DNA of 64,000 nucleotides from a virus (Duplodnaviria; Caudoviricetes): positions 32,530 through 96,529 of IMG/VR virus record IMGVR_UViG_2919425241_000002; one strand, 5' to 3'. A model generated the notes under the pieces. That model was not told the DNA's origin, ran no database searches, and was given only the letters and a program-made list of their open reading frames with translations. Below are positions 17,325 to 27,340 of the stretch, in pieces; position 1 is the first letter of the stretch, and each line of letters opens with the position of its first letter. The translations under genes and the position numbers were made by a program.

Positions 17325-18180
17325 CACCGCCCATATTACCAAGTAAGAAGTCGACGTTATCTGCAACTTTTGATTTCTTCTCCGCCACTAAGCCCTCGGG
17401 ATCGACCACTGAATAATCTTCATACCTTTTCTGATTGAGGTAAGTCGAAGGGTGAGGTATGAAATTCGTTTTTGTTTCAAGGAGTTTACATGTCTCAGCA
17501 AAGTTGATTGTATTAGAGATAATACGTGCTGCATCGAATCCTTTTTCTTTGCTCAGTTTATCCCATGATTTTCTTGCTGCAGCTTTTGATATTCTTCTTG
17601 GGTAATTACTATAAAAGTAATTGAATATATACTCGTTACTCTTATCTTTAAATAATTTATTTAAAGATCTTTTTCTTTTAATGGGGTCACAATCGTATAC
17701 CTCAAAGTAACCATTTTCCTTACTTTGAGGGTCATGATCGTATACCTCTGGAGGGTTACAATCGTATACCTCAAGATTTGTGTTTGGAGGGTCACAATCA
17801 TGTACCTCCAACTCATCGAACAAATCAACTTGACCTGTCTTTTTCACGGACTCACTTCCTTTCGGAACCATCCAATCTTCGTAATTTTTATTGAACCCTA
17901 ACATGCGACCCTCTGTGTTCGTTTCTTCTTTTGTGACAATGAGAACCTTGGATTTGATAAGTGCAGCGACCTCTTTTTTTACGGTGCTCTTTGCCAGCTT
18001 GGTTGTCATTTGAATGAAGCTGATTGCAAATTCGTGATCCTTCTTGCCATATCCGTATGTCTGCCGCCATATCTTCATAATGATCCGAAGCTGAGCCCCG
18101 TTGAGATTGTACTGGCATATCTGATCTAGAATCTCATTAGCAACCGGTGTGAATCCTTTTTCCTTTTGCGGGCTTGCCAT
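17260..18180 (-). CDS. Phage replication initiator (O-like)
   Basis: MASPQ..GFT..ANEIL...R.TYGY.KK; C-terminal YPR...KAAA...HPSTYLNQKRYED; internal iterons. Confidence 0.88.
   Translation of the reverse strand: MASPQKEKGFTPVANEILDQICQYNLNGAQLRIIMKIWRQTYGYGKKDHEFAISFIQMTTKLAKSTVKKEVAALIKSKVLIVTKEETNTEGRMLGFNKNYEDWMVPKGSESVKKTGQVDLFDELEVHDCDPPNTNLEVYDCNPPEVYDHDPQSKENGYFEVYDCDPIKRKRSLNKLFKDKSNEYIFNYFYSNYPRRISKAAARKSWDKLSKEKGFDAARIISNTINFAETCKLLETKTNFIPHPSTYLNQKRYEDYSVVDPEGLVAEKKSKVADNVDFLLGNMGGGTIDRTRSQTLIGEGGRGLPE
17684..17808. repeat. Four 20-bp iterons (GGGTCACAATCGTATACCTC), putative phage origin
   Basis: Copies at 17684, 17729, 17753 and 17789 next to an AT-rich tract at ~17610-17682. Confidence 0.85.
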
Positions 18181-18193
18181 TCACCTCACCCAC

Positions 18194-18817
18194 TTACTGA
18201 GTCGCATGATCCTCACGAATGATTTCTGAAACACGCTCAGTTATACATTTTGTTAGATGCTCATCGGATTCCTGAACGTCTGGAAAATCAAGTTGCTTCC
18301 ATTCTTTATGAATTGCTCGAATAGCCGCCTCAATTTTACTCTCCAATGTCTCTATCGTGTAATCATTCACTAGAGCTTTCAGGAATAGGTCGCCGCCGCC
18401 GTTATCGTGAATAAATTCTTTAATTGTTAAAGATTGTTGATTGAAACCATCTCGCTCAACTCCAAATAAATACTTCACAAAATCAATATTTCGATAACCG
18501 CAAGAGCGGAAATATTCAATCGCATCCGCTACATCTAACGGAATTACAACCGGCTTCTGTCTCTCAAGTTCGCGCTCGATTTGCTTAAGCAGAAGAACCC
18601 TTTCTTCTTCAAGAACTTCGATGTTTCCGACCATTTCACTCAAAGTTGTTCCCAAGATAACAATGTCACAGTGCTCGGATTTAATCGTTTTTCCAGCATG
18701 AACACCTTTTCCACGAACATAGTAATGGCTTGTTCCTGCAGGTTCTACGAAGAATTGTTCATTCAACATTCCTTTATACCAGTTATCGTTTTCCCATCTC
18801 TGAATTATTGCCTTCAT
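18194..18817 (-). CDS. DUF1642-like phage protein
   Basis: KPVVIP..VADAIE...KALVN.YTIE. Confidence 0.6.
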   Translation of the reverse strand: MKAIIQRWENDNWYKGMLNEQFFVEPAGTSHYYVRGKGVHAGKTIKSEHCDIVILGTTLSEMVGNIEVLEEERVLLLKQIERELERQKPVVIPLDVADAIEYFRSCGYRNIDFVKYLFGVERDGFNQQSLTIKEFIHDNGGGDLFLKALVNDYTIETLESKIEAAIRAIHKEWKQLDFPDVQESDEHLTKCITERVSEIIREDHATQ

Positions 18818-19581
18818 TCACTGCACACCTCCAAATGATAATGATGTCCTTCTTTTAATCCTTTTTCCCTAAGAACTCGCATGACTTCTGCCCGGGCATG
18901 CATCGGTGTATTGTTGCTGTTGGATAAGTGGGTAAGGTATATCTTCTCGCCTTTGCCTTTAACCAGTTTGCTAAGAGCTGCTGCTGTCTGCTGATTACTT
19001 AAGTGGCCGATATCGGAAAGGATTCGGGTTTGGGTGCTGATCGGGTAGTTAGATGCTAGGACTAAATCTGGATGATGATTTGCTTCGATAATATAGATGT
19101 CTGAGTCGGCCATTGCTTCTAGCATGTCATTATCTACTTTACCGGTGTCCAAGCAAACACTAACCTTCTCACCACATGATCCCTTGATTGCGTACCCTAG
19201 AGGGTTATAGGCGTCATGATGAGTATTGAATGCAACCACTTGGAACCATCCATCATCACATGAGCCACCTAATAGAACACTTGAGTAATCGTCGATATCA
19301 TTTTTTAATTCTTCATCAACAGTCGAGATGTCTTTCCATTCCTCTTCACCTGCGAACACCGGAATGCGGTACTTATTAGAAAGCGGCAAGCCTTTAATAT
19401 GGTCACCATGAGCGTGGGTGATGAATATTCCTGTTAGTTCCCCAGGTATAATTCCATTATCAATCAGGCGCTGCTCGATCTTCGTCTTGGCAATGCCGGC
19501 ATCGATTAAGATGCTCGTGCTACCGCTCTGAAGATGAATGCAGTTACCATTGGATCCGGAGGCGATGATGTTAACTTTCAT
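18814..19581 (-). CDS. Metallo-beta-lactamase-fold hydrolase (YycJ-like exonuclease)
   Basis: SGSNGN, THAHGDH, DTG, IEANH, GHLSN, HLS. Confidence 0.9.
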   Translation of the reverse strand: MKVNIIASGSNGNCIHLQSGSTSILIDAGIAKTKIEQRLIDNGIIPGELTGIFITHAHGDHIKGLPLSNKYRIPVFAGEEEWKDISTVDEELKNDIDDYSSVLLGGSCDDGWFQVVAFNTHHDAYNPLGYAIKGSCGEKVSVCLDTGKVDNDMLEAMADSDIYIIEANHHPDLVLASNYPISTQTRILSDIGHLSNQQTAAALSKLVKGKGEKIYLTHLSNSNNTPMHARAEVMRVLREKGLKEGHHYHLEVCSE

Positions 19582-19583
19582 TG

Positions 19584-20468
19584 CTATTCCTCCAAGTTGA
19601 GTGGCTCTTCGTTATCTGCAATCTTCTGATCAAGCATCAAGACTGCGCCTTGCAACTCAGCAAGAGTCGGTACCTTCGGATCCTTGAAAGTGATTTTGTT
19701 ATCTTTCAGGTACTGATTTCTTGCTGCTTTATCTGTAATCCCTAACTGATTGAACCGGTCGTTAATAGCATTCATTGCTTGTTTCACTGGATCGACTTTG
19801 GGTTCTTCAATTACTGTAGCTGGCGGAGTGTTGGTGTGAGTCGCTTCACTTGTGATGTCTTTACGTTGCGGAGTTTCTTGAGATTGGCTCAAGTCTAGGT
19901 TGTTTTGTGTGGCATATTCATCCTCACTGATTTCAACACCATACTGTCGTTTGAAGGCCCGCTTGATTGCATGTTTTACAATCATGTCATCGAAATAACT
20001 GGTCCACATATCCTTATTCCGACCCTTAGTAAGGTGATCCACTTGATCGTTCGTAATGATTACCGCGATATTCGGAGCACCTTCACGATACGCAACACAA
20101 TAAGCTCCAACCGTCTTTCCACGCGTCATGGAAATAATCCGGTGCTTAGGCTCTCCAGTAACCATGTCGATCTCAAAGTCGTCGTTTTCTTTCACTTCCG
20201 AAGCAATGAAGCCTTTGTACTGAGGATGTCGTTTACCGAGTGCTACAATGCCTTCGACGGAAATTTGGATGGACATTTGCGGACCGTACTTTTCGCTTTG
20301 ATAAACAATGCAGTGAATTTGATTAAGGAATGGATTGAGTCCAGCGGCAGCAGCTGTCCGAGCGAAGAGATTAAATTGAGCATCCGTCGTGCCCTTAGCG
20401 ATCGTGTTTTTGATAGTGTCCAGTTCTGCTTGCGTGAAATCTCCAATTACTTGTACCTGAGTTGACAT
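19584..20468 (-). CDS. RecT/Bet-family ssDNA annealing protein
   Basis: GLNPFLNQI, GAY, W..YFDDM..K.AIKRA. Confidence 0.85.
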   Translation of the reverse strand: MSTQVQVIGDFTQAELDTIKNTIAKGTTDAQFNLFARTAAAAGLNPFLNQIHCIVYQSEKYGPQMSIQISVEGIVALGKRHPQYKGFIASEVKENDDFEIDMVTGEPKHRIISMTRGKTVGAYCVAYREGAPNIAVIITNDQVDHLTKGRNKDMWTSYFDDMIVKHAIKRAFKRQYGVEISEDEYATQNNLDLSQSQETPQRKDITSEATHTNTPPATVIEEPKVDPVKQAMNAINDRFNQLGITDKAARNQYLKDNKITFKDPKVPTLAELQGAVLMLDQKIADNEEPLNLEE

Positions 20469-20471
20469 ATG

Positions 20472-20717
20472 TTAAATCCTCCCTAATTTAAGTTCTTGTT
20501 GCTTTGTCTGAGCGTTAAGCAAATTCAACTTTCTTTGTTTTTGAATCAATATTTTTAATGACCTGCTCGTTAATTCGATTTTCTTCAGGTAACCTGAGAC
20601 AGTTCTCTGGCTAACACCTAAAATTTTCGCAATTTCATGTGTGCTGTACTCACGGTGAACATATAAAACAAAAACCTTCAGCGACAGACTTGCCATCTGG
20701 TTCTTCATATGTGTCAC
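20472..20717 (-). CDS. Small HTH protein (sigma region 4-like)
   Basis: YSTHEIAKILGVSQRTVSGYL. Confidence 0.6.
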   Translation of the reverse strand: MTHMKNQMASLSLKVFVLYVHREYSTHEIAKILGVSQRTVSGYLKKIELTSRSLKILIQKQRKLNLLNAQTKQQELKLGRI

Positions 20718-21193
20718 CCAAAGAGACTAATAACGATTAATGCGATAAACGTTATTACTAGGTAGAAGATAAGACTCAGAAATAATGCGTTCTTAATGCC
20801 CCGCGCTACACTCAGTGGGTCCTCTTCAGTCTCTGACTTCACTTCAACCATATCAAGCGGCATGCCCACCGACTTAAGTACCCCCGTCTCTAGAATTGCT
20901 TGTATGGACGATAGAGCGAAGATCAGGCCTACATAGAAGGTTATGGTCGGTGCTATGAGATAGGATCCAATGAGGACCGCTGAAACCCATATCCCTGCGC
21001 ACCAGTAACAGTTCATAACACTGCCGATGAAGCGTCTTATAAAACCACCTTGGAGAGTATAAGTAAACTGATAATCAATGAAGTCCCGTGTTACAAAGTT
21101 ATTTCTTACTGGTTCGAAAATCTTGTCATAGACGATGAGGTGAGTGATTCGGTAAACCGCAAGTGCCAGGATGATGAATGTTAGAATGGTCAT
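20714..21193 (-). CDS. DUF1360-like membrane protein
   Basis: LAVYRITHLIVYDKIFEP.R...CYWCAGIW. Confidence 0.8.
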   Translation of the reverse strand: MTILTFIILALAVYRITHLIVYDKIFEPVRNNFVTRDFIDYQFTYTLQGGFIRRFIGSVMNCYWCAGIWVSAVLIGSYLIAPTITFYVGLIFALSSIQAILETGVLKSVGMPLDMVEVKSETEEDPLSVARGIKNALFLSLIFYLVITFIALIVISLFG

Positions 21194-22752
21194 GCAATAA
21201 CCTCCGTTTCAATTTTCAGTTCCTGATCCGGCACCGCGCGTCCTGTGATGAGTTGCCCATACACCGCGACTTTGCCAGTGAAGGATTCAATCCCATCCAC
21301 AAACGTCGGCACAATTAACTCGCTTTGCTTATAAAGTACATCCGATAGTTCTAAGCCGGCGCCGATCTTCTCACCCGCGGATAAGGTCGGATAGTCCTTA
21401 CCATCCATCTGGATGACGAAAGCAGGCTTATATTCACCTGTGGAAGCGACATAATCGAACAATCGAACAGATAATGTGGTGAAAAGTTCTTGCACCTTGC
21501 TCACCTGGAGCTCAGCTTCCTTGGCCTTAAATGCTTTGATTGCATCAAGTACAAAGATTGAGTCATTCTTGGCTTTGAGATAATCAACCTCATTTTGCTT
21601 CGCTTTCTCCAACTCAGCAGCCGCTTTTGACCGTGTGATGTCTGCCTGCAGGATAGAGTTAATTTCACCGATACGGCTAATCAAGTCTGCAACAGAATAG
21701 TTCGGGCCTTCCATTTCCGGCAAGGCTTCAAGTTGAGCAACGAGATCCTTCTTATGTGCGAGCATGTCGTTCACTCTTTTGGCTATGCCGTTCACCATAG
21801 TCTTCTTATTTCCGAGCGATGTCGCCTTAGCTTCTTCCGTCAACTCTTGGCCGCAGGAATTGCATGTCGTACTAATCTCATTCGCTTTTGTTCTTGCATG
21901 ATCTGCCTTGCCATCAAGGATCCGTTGGGATAGCTGATCGATCTGCATTTGAAGTCGGCTCCGCTGATTCTCCCATTGTGTAACCTTTGATTTATCAGCC
22001 TCATAAGACTGAATCTTTCTATCAAGCTCTTCGCCTTCAGTTTGCAATGCTTCTCTGTCAATCTCAGCAGCAGGACCCAGCGCTTTAAGCTGATCTGAGA
22101 GTGTTTTGACGCTTCCTTGTGACTGAATATGTAGCTTGTCGTTTTTACCCTTTAGGTCTGTGTACTTCTTCTCCAGGTCGGCAATTGAATGTTTTTTGAG
22201 TTCATCCATGAGCCGAAGTGCGTGAGGGTTAAGAACAATTTCTTTGTCTTTCTGATCCGAAGATGTGCGAGACATCGCTTTGAAAACTTCGGTGTTTGTA
22301 GGCGCCGATACATGCTGCATAACCTGTTCCCGTTGCTTCTGCCAATGTTGAGTGAAGAAGAAGCCCGGACTGTAGAGCGCTAGGAACTGCTCTTTGCTGA
22401 ATAAACCTGCCACATGAGCCTCGAATTCTTTAGCTTTCATAGGCACTTGATTCACATAGAACTTATTTGTACCGCCGATAATCTCACGGGCTAGCGTTTG
22501 TTCAACTCCAGCGACAGTGAGCGTCAGAGAACCGTATACGCGGTCAAATGGACGGTCAGTAGGCGAAGGATCGAACTTACCTCCGGTTAAGTCGCACCCC
22601 CAAAAGATCCAAACAGGAGCTCCGCCGATGGAGGATTTGCCTTGACCGTTCTTTCCAGTAAGCTTTGTGACGTCGCCAAAGTTGACTGTGATTTCGTCGT
22701 GTCCGGTGTAACTGATAAGGTGGAGTGAGACGAATTTTATTGTTTTAGGCAT
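21190..22752 (-). CDS. SbcC/Rad50-like ABC ATPase with coiled coil
   Basis: GKNGQGKSS Walker A, CNSCGQ hook, LSAGE signature, FVD..ES. Confidence 0.85.
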   Translation of the reverse strand: MPKTIKFVSLHLISYTGHDEITVNFGDVTKLTGKNGQGKSSIGGAPVWIFWGCDLTGGKFDPSPTDRPFDRVYGSLTLTVAGVEQTLAREIIGGTNKFYVNQVPMKAKEFEAHVAGLFSKEQFLALYSPGFFFTQHWQKQREQVMQHVSAPTNTEVFKAMSRTSSDQKDKEIVLNPHALRLMDELKKHSIADLEKKYTDLKGKNDKLHIQSQGSVKTLSDQLKALGPAAEIDREALQTEGEELDRKIQSYEADKSKVTQWENQRSRLQMQIDQLSQRILDGKADHARTKANEISTTCNSCGQELTEEAKATSLGNKKTMVNGIAKRVNDMLAHKKDLVAQLEALPEMEGPNYSVADLISRIGEINSILQADITRSKAAAELEKAKQNEVDYLKAKNDSIFVLDAIKAFKAKEAELQVSKVQELFTTLSVRLFDYVASTGEYKPAFVIQMDGKDYPTLSAGEKIGAGLELSDVLYKQSELIVPTFVDGIESFTGKVAVYGQLITGRAVPDQELKIETEVIA

Positions 22753-23273
22753 TGATTTACCTCTCTTTCTTTTCCGGACGCCACCTCATGAAAGGAGGCA
22801 GTCAATGGCAATACTACTTTTATTTCTTGAACCATTTCTTTAGCCATTCTCATTACGAGAGATAGTCGTGTATTTGCTAAAACGTAATATTCCATGAACC
22901 CACCAACATTCACGATCCCCATTAGATGATAGTCACCAACCTTAGGGAGGTCTTCTCTGTTCACTCCAGAACCCGGTTGTATCGAGCCTCTTTGATACTT
23001 GATTTTCCCTACAGATGTCACTAGACCGAGGCCAGAATCGATTGCTATGACTGTTTTGTTTGGTTTCAACTCTTCCAGCCGCTCATTTAGGTTCATACCG
23101 TGAGCAGGATTTTCTAGTGTCCCAATAACGTCATATCCTAGGTCACTGAGGAACGTACCTACTAAAGGTCCAAGAGAATCACCGGTTGAGCGGTCTGTTC
23201 CAATACAAACGAATGTGACGTCGGTAGCATTTAATTCTTTGGGAAGTAGCTCATTCAAGTTCACACCGCACAC
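22737..23273 (-). CDS. yyaC: Spore protease YyaC homolog
   Basis: CIGTDRSTGDSLGPLVGT, IAIDS.LG, PG.GV...LP.VGD, NTRLSLVM.MA. Confidence 0.9.
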   Translation of the reverse strand: MCGVNLNELLPKELNATDVTFVCIGTDRSTGDSLGPLVGTFLSDLGYDVIGTLENPAHGMNLNERLEELKPNKTVIAIDSGLGLVTSVGKIKYQRGSIQPGSGVNREDLPKVGDYHLMGIVNVGGFMEYYVLANTRLSLVMRMAKEMVQEIKVVLPLTASFHEVASGKEREVNQCLKQ

Positions 23274-23441
23274 TCTCCCTCATATTGAATTCCAAGATCT
23301 TTTTCTATTTGATAAATCTCGCCGCGCAGCCAATCCTTTGCAGCTTCCAGAACAACGCCGCTGTTTAGGAATTTATGAAGCTGACAAGATGGTTGATGGA
23401 TTCGGATGTGTGGTTATCGATACCCATTTGGAAGACTCCTT

Positions 23442-23693
23442 TCATATCATCTGAGCTTCAAGCTCTTCAATTTGAATGCAGATTTCTTGGACCCATCTCA
23501 TGTCACCGGCAACCTGAGCTTCTAAAGCTAGGCTTTTTAGGCTGTCATGCTTCCAGACAAGTTCCATGTTTTTCTTAAGAAGTTGAATGACTCTCATAGT
23601 TGCGACCGAATCCAATTCAAGGATTCCTTCTTCGTTCGTATTCATAAAAGCAATTTCTGCCATCTTACGGTGAACTTCGTGAATACCAATCAT
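23442..23693 (-). CDS. Conserved hypothetical phage protein
   Basis: VHRKMAE...LKSLA..A...GD..W..EIC; RBS present. Confidence 0.65.
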   Translation of the reverse strand: MIGIHEVHRKMAEIAFMNTNEEGILELDSVATMRVIQLLKKNMELVWKHDSLKSLALEAQVAGDMRWVQEICIQIEELEAQMI

Positions 23694-23859
23694 GAGAACA
23701 CATCCTCTTTTTAAGTTTTAGAAGGAGTTGTACCAGAGCCACGCTGCTACAGCGCCGGCAATGACTACGAGTAAACCTTGAGCATCGGAGTAACTGGAGC
23801 TTTCGATAGTAACGCGGCTGCCGGGTTCAATATCTTGGCCATTTATTTTGATGCGCATA

Positions 23860-24108
23860 TTACTCACCGTCTTCCGTGAAGGATTTAAGCAGCAGCATCA
23901 TGCAGTGAATGAATTCTAGTGTCTTGTCATCGTCGATCTCAGCGGACTTATTAACGATATCACTGAACATTTGAAGCATAGTGACTGGCTTGGGTATCGG
24001 ATCATTCTGAACTGCATGGCGTAACAGCGAAACCAGATATGATTTGTAATCAGGTTGCAAAGCATTCACCGTTCCTCTCAACAATGAATTGCATGATATG
24101 CCAGCCAT
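23860..24108 (-). CDS. Hypothetical protein at the head of the early operon
   Basis: Downstream of the SOS box at 24173. Confidence 0.55.
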   Translation of the reverse strand: MAGISCNSLLRGTVNALQPDYKSYLVSLLRHAVQNDPIPKPVTMLQMFSDIVNKSAEIDDDKTLEFIHCMMLLLKSFTEDGE

Positions 24109-24172
24109 GTAATTTTTATTTACATACAGGGCATGCGGAAATAAACCTCTTTCAAAGAAAGATGTTTAAATA

Positions 24173-24186
24173 CGAACGAATGTTCC
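24173..24186. promoter_or_regulatory. LexA box CGAACGAATGTTCC
   Basis: Near-consensus site upstream of the replication operon; adjacent palindrome at 24190-24212. Confidence 0.7.
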
Positions 24187-24253
24187 GCGTTGCGATATTC
24201 TTAATATCGTAATATACTTTGTATGTAATTATAAATTGCATCGAAGATAAATC

Positions 24254-24565
24254 TTAAACGGTTGAAAAGTTTTCTTGTAACGAATGGTAGTACATTTTCG
24301 CTTCTTCTACAAGGTCGGGAAACAATTCCTCGAAAGTGCCCCCAAGATAAAAAGTGTAGATAAGAGACATAATTAAACTTGGGTCGTTAGTGCCATTCTC
24401 AACCGAACGAATAGTCATATCTGTAACGCGAAGGTCGGATGCCATTCTGGTTTGAGTGATGTCCTTAGAAAGACGTAACTCTCGAAACCGTTGCCGCGGT
24501 TTTTGAGTTCTATCTTGTTTCTTCGGAGCTGATTTAGACCTTCTGGGAGCTCTTAGCATTTCCAT
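24254..24565 (-). CDS. Cro-like XRE HTH regulator
   Basis: RELRLSKDITQ..MA.....TIRSVENG...PSL...FEELF; divergent from the repressor. Confidence 0.85.
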   Translation of the reverse strand: MEMLRAPRRSKSAPKKQDRTQKPRQRFRELRLSKDITQTRMASDLRVTDMTIRSVENGTNDPSLIMSLIYTFYLGGTFEELFPDLVEEAKMYYHSLQENFSTV

Positions 24566-24629
24566 TTTTCACCTCCTGTCCTGTTTGTAAATCGAATATA
24601 CCACGCATTTTAAAATTTCGCAATATAAA

Positions 24630-24654
24630 TTTATGTAATTTTGAATTACATAAA
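24630..24654. promoter_or_regulatory. Operator-like palindrome TTTATGTAATT-ttg-AATTACATAAA
   Basis: Perfect 11-bp inverted repeat between the cro-like and cI-like genes. Confidence 0.7.
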
Positions 24655-24671
24655 CATGAATATAGCAAAGG

Positions 24672-25073
24672 GTGATTGTAGTGTCATTGGGCGATCGGAT
24701 TAAAGAACGCAGAGCAAGACTTGATATGCTGCAAGAACAATGTGCAGATTTAGTAGGTGTAACCAGAGGGGTTTTATCATCATACGAAAGAAATGTAAGC
24801 ATTCCACCAAGTGATGTTCTAGGTAGATTAGCCACTGCACTAAAAACGAGTTCAGACTTTTTACTTGGACTAACCGAAGATCCGACTCCAACTGTTAAAA
24901 GTAATGAATTACCTGATGAGGATGAAATTAAAAGAAGAAAATTTTTGATTGAGATGGAAGATATCTTGAGGAAAAGTTCTGATCTTGACGAAAAGATGAT
25001 GGAGCATACTTTGCGGATTATGGAGGTTACTTTCTTGGAGAGACTTGGTGAATCGAAGAGGAAGAACAAGTAA
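24672..25073 (+). CDS. Prophage repressor (XRE HTH, ImmR-like; no S24 peptidase domain)
   Basis: LGDRIKERR...Q...A..VGV.R..LS.YE....PP...LA.AL..S.DFLLG. Confidence 0.88.
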   Translation: MIVVSLGDRIKERRARLDMLQEQCADLVGVTRGVLSSYERNVSIPPSDVLGRLATALKTSSDFLLGLTEDPTPTVKSNELPDEDEIKRRKFLIEMEDILRKSSDLDEKMMEHTLRIMEVTFLERLGESKRKNK

Positions 25074-25303
25074 TTTACAATTATTTTGAATACATCGTCT
25101 TCATGAAATGCAGCATTAAGTAATTTATTTTTAAAAGGTGTGTCTCCTTTAATGGAATGACTCACCTTTTTTATTAAAGAATTTTCTTGAACTAGTCTGA
25201 CGTTAGCGTTAAGCTAACGGGCAGTTTAACACTATCAGTGTATGGTATAAATACCAAAAATACGATTATTGGTATGTCTTGAAAAATCAAAAAGATTGGT
25301 GGA

Positions 25304-26845
25304 ATGTTAATGGGTTTTTTCGAAAAAATTCGAAATATATTTTCGGATGAAATTGGCTACAGGAATAATTCATATCATACTAAAGGAGTAAGTGATAAGA
25401 AAATAATGGTGCCTAGAGATAATGACCACTTAGAGGTACTCAATATTGGTAGCAAAACAATTATCATGATTTACGGCTCTTATAGTAATGATAACAAAAG
25501 TAAATGTTGGATTGAAGGAAATTTGCAAGACGGGGAATGGGTGGATGCGGTAATTATGGAGCATACTGTATTCCAACCAGATAAAGACCTTTGGACCCGC
25601 CCTCCCATTAAAGGTCAAATAGGAACATATAATGGGGGATGGAAAAATAATAAATTTCATGGGTATGGTGTCCTTGAGACAACCGATATTCGAGCATTGT
25701 ATAGAAAATTTTACGATTTTCTTAAATTAGAACCAGGGGAAAAAACTAATCTTTTGGGGGATCACGGAAGTAATTCGGGTGCTCTTTTCCTACTTACCAA
25801 ATACGAAGGAAACTTTATAGACGGAATATTTAATGGTGAAGGAAAAGCCTATTACGGTAGGAGAACATATGATAAAGTTATTACCCAATTGTTATATGAA
25901 GGCGAATTTCAGTATGGAGTACGCAATGGGATTGGAAAAACATTTTATGACGACGGCTTAGTTCAATATGAAGGGCAATGGCTTCAAGGAAATATAGAAG
26001 GTAAAGGTGTATACAGGCTTAGAGCCGGAGATTTACTTTCGGGTAACTTTAAAAAAAATAGTTTTATTGATAAAAAGAACAACCGTTTATTAAAAGTTAT
26101 TGATTCGCCTTCAGTATCAGGTTCAGGTTGTACTATTATTTATGAGGGCGGCATAAAAGACGGAAAACGGAATGGTCGGGGGAAAGAATACGATAACGGT
26201 CATGTAATATATGATGGATACTGGCTTAACGATAAAAGGCACGGTCATGGTAGTTCTTTCAGAGTTATTGATTATTATGATAAAGCAAGGTCAGTGAAAG
26301 AATATTGTGGGGAATGGGTAGAAGATAAAAAAAGCGGTGTTGGAACATCTTTTTTTGAGGATGGGAATATAGCATATCAAGGGCAATGGCAAAATGATTC
26401 CTTTCATGGGTCTGGTGTCTCATATAATCCTGAGAAAGATTGGGGTTATTACGGACATAAACTTTCCTATAGTGGGGGGTACCATTACGGTCTTTATCAT
26501 GGACTTGGCACCCTCTATACACGTCAAGGTAAATTTGAAGGGGAGTTTGAAAACCATAATATTGTCGAAAATAAGGGGAAATGGATTTATTACCTCAGTC
26601 ATGTAAAAGACTTTAACAAAGACAGAGGATTTGGTTTTATTCTGAAACATACTGAGTTGGTAGCTGGTAAAACTCCTAATCTTAAGGAGGATATATTTTT
26701 TCACATTAGCGATTTTCAGGGAAATGCAGAAGAAAGGTTCTCTTTAATAAATGGGGAATCGACTCGAGTGAGGTTTGAGTTGGCATATGATAGTACAAAG
26801 GGTCCAAGAGCCGTTAGAGTTTCATTACATAAAATTAGCCAGTGA
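25304..26845 (+). CDS. MORN-repeat protein with C-terminal cold-shock domain
   Basis: Many Y.G.W/F..G...G.G repeats; FNKDRGFGFI...DIFFHISDF...KGPRAVRV. Confidence 0.85.
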   Translation: MLMGFFEKIRNIFSDEIGYRNNSYHTKGVSDKKIMVPRDNDHLEVLNIGSKTIIMIYGSYSNDNKSKCWIEGNLQDGEWVDAVIMEHTVFQPDKDLWTRPPIKGQIGTYNGGWKNNKFHGYGVLETTDIRALYRKFYDFLKLEPGEKTNLLGDHGSNSGALFLLTKYEGNFIDGIFNGEGKAYYGRRTYDKVITQLLYEGEFQYGVRNGIGKTFYDDGLVQYEGQWLQGNIEGKGVYRLRAGDLLSGNFKKNSFIDKKNNRLLKVIDSPSVSGSGCTIIYEGGIKDGKRNGRGKEYDNGHVIYDGYWLNDKRHGHGSSFRVIDYYDKARSVKEYCGEWVEDKKSGVGTSFFEDGNIAYQGQWQNDSFHGSGVSYNPEKDWGYYGHKLSYSGGYHYGLYHGLGTLYTRQGKFEGEFENHNIVENKGKWIYYLSHVKDFNKDRGFGFILKHTELVAGKTPNLKEDIFFHISDFQGNAEERFSLINGESTRVRFELAYDSTKGPRAVRVSLHKISQ

Positions 26846-27012
26846 TATAGCAACATAGCGAAAATGTTTTTTTATAGTCCTGATTATAAAACTAACGAGG
26901 AACGTTAGTTCAATGACAAGCAAAACCCACCAACAAATGGTGGGTTTTGTAAATTACGTCATCAAGGAAAACATAAAATAAAATCACTGTTCAATTAAAG
27001 CAAAATAATAGT

Positions 27013-27276
27013 TCAATAACGCATAGGAAGTAAATCGTTTATGGTTAAAACCTTTGTCATACCTTTTTGGCTACTGTTGTGGTGTTTCATAAGTATAACT
27101 AAAGCCCTGTCACACATTTCATGATCTTCCTCAAGATTGTTAAGAAATATCTGGTAACAACCACTGCAAATTTCATTATATATTCCGCAGATATTCCCAA
27201 GTGGCAGTTGAAGAACATTTACGTTTTGAAGTACTGCCATGTTAATTGATGCATTAATCTTCTTCTCTTTGTGCAT
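27013..27276 (-). CDS. Small protein resembling a degenerate ImmA/IrrE domain (no HExxH)
   Basis: LPLGNICGIY...IFLNN...LMKHH; AGGGGATG RBS; SOS box upstream. Confidence 0.5.
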   Translation of the reverse strand: MHKEKKINASINMAVLQNVNVLQLPLGNICGIYNEICSGCYQIFLNNLEEDHEMCDRALVILMKHHNSSQKGMTKVLTINDLLPMRY

Positions 27277-27340
27277 AATTCATCCCCTGGTATGTATTTT
27301 TTTCGGCAATAAACGTATACAAGCTCCCCTTCAATATAAC

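Noticed and set aside
17684-17808. Mini-CRISPR or novel repeat
   Set aside because: In-frame iterons inside the initiator gene, the standard lambda-like origin
24569-25165. 198-aa minus-strand ORF and similar long antisense ORFs (e.g. 19905-20465, 49723-50328)
   Set aside because: Shadows of well-supported genes on the opposite strand, with no recognisable motifs
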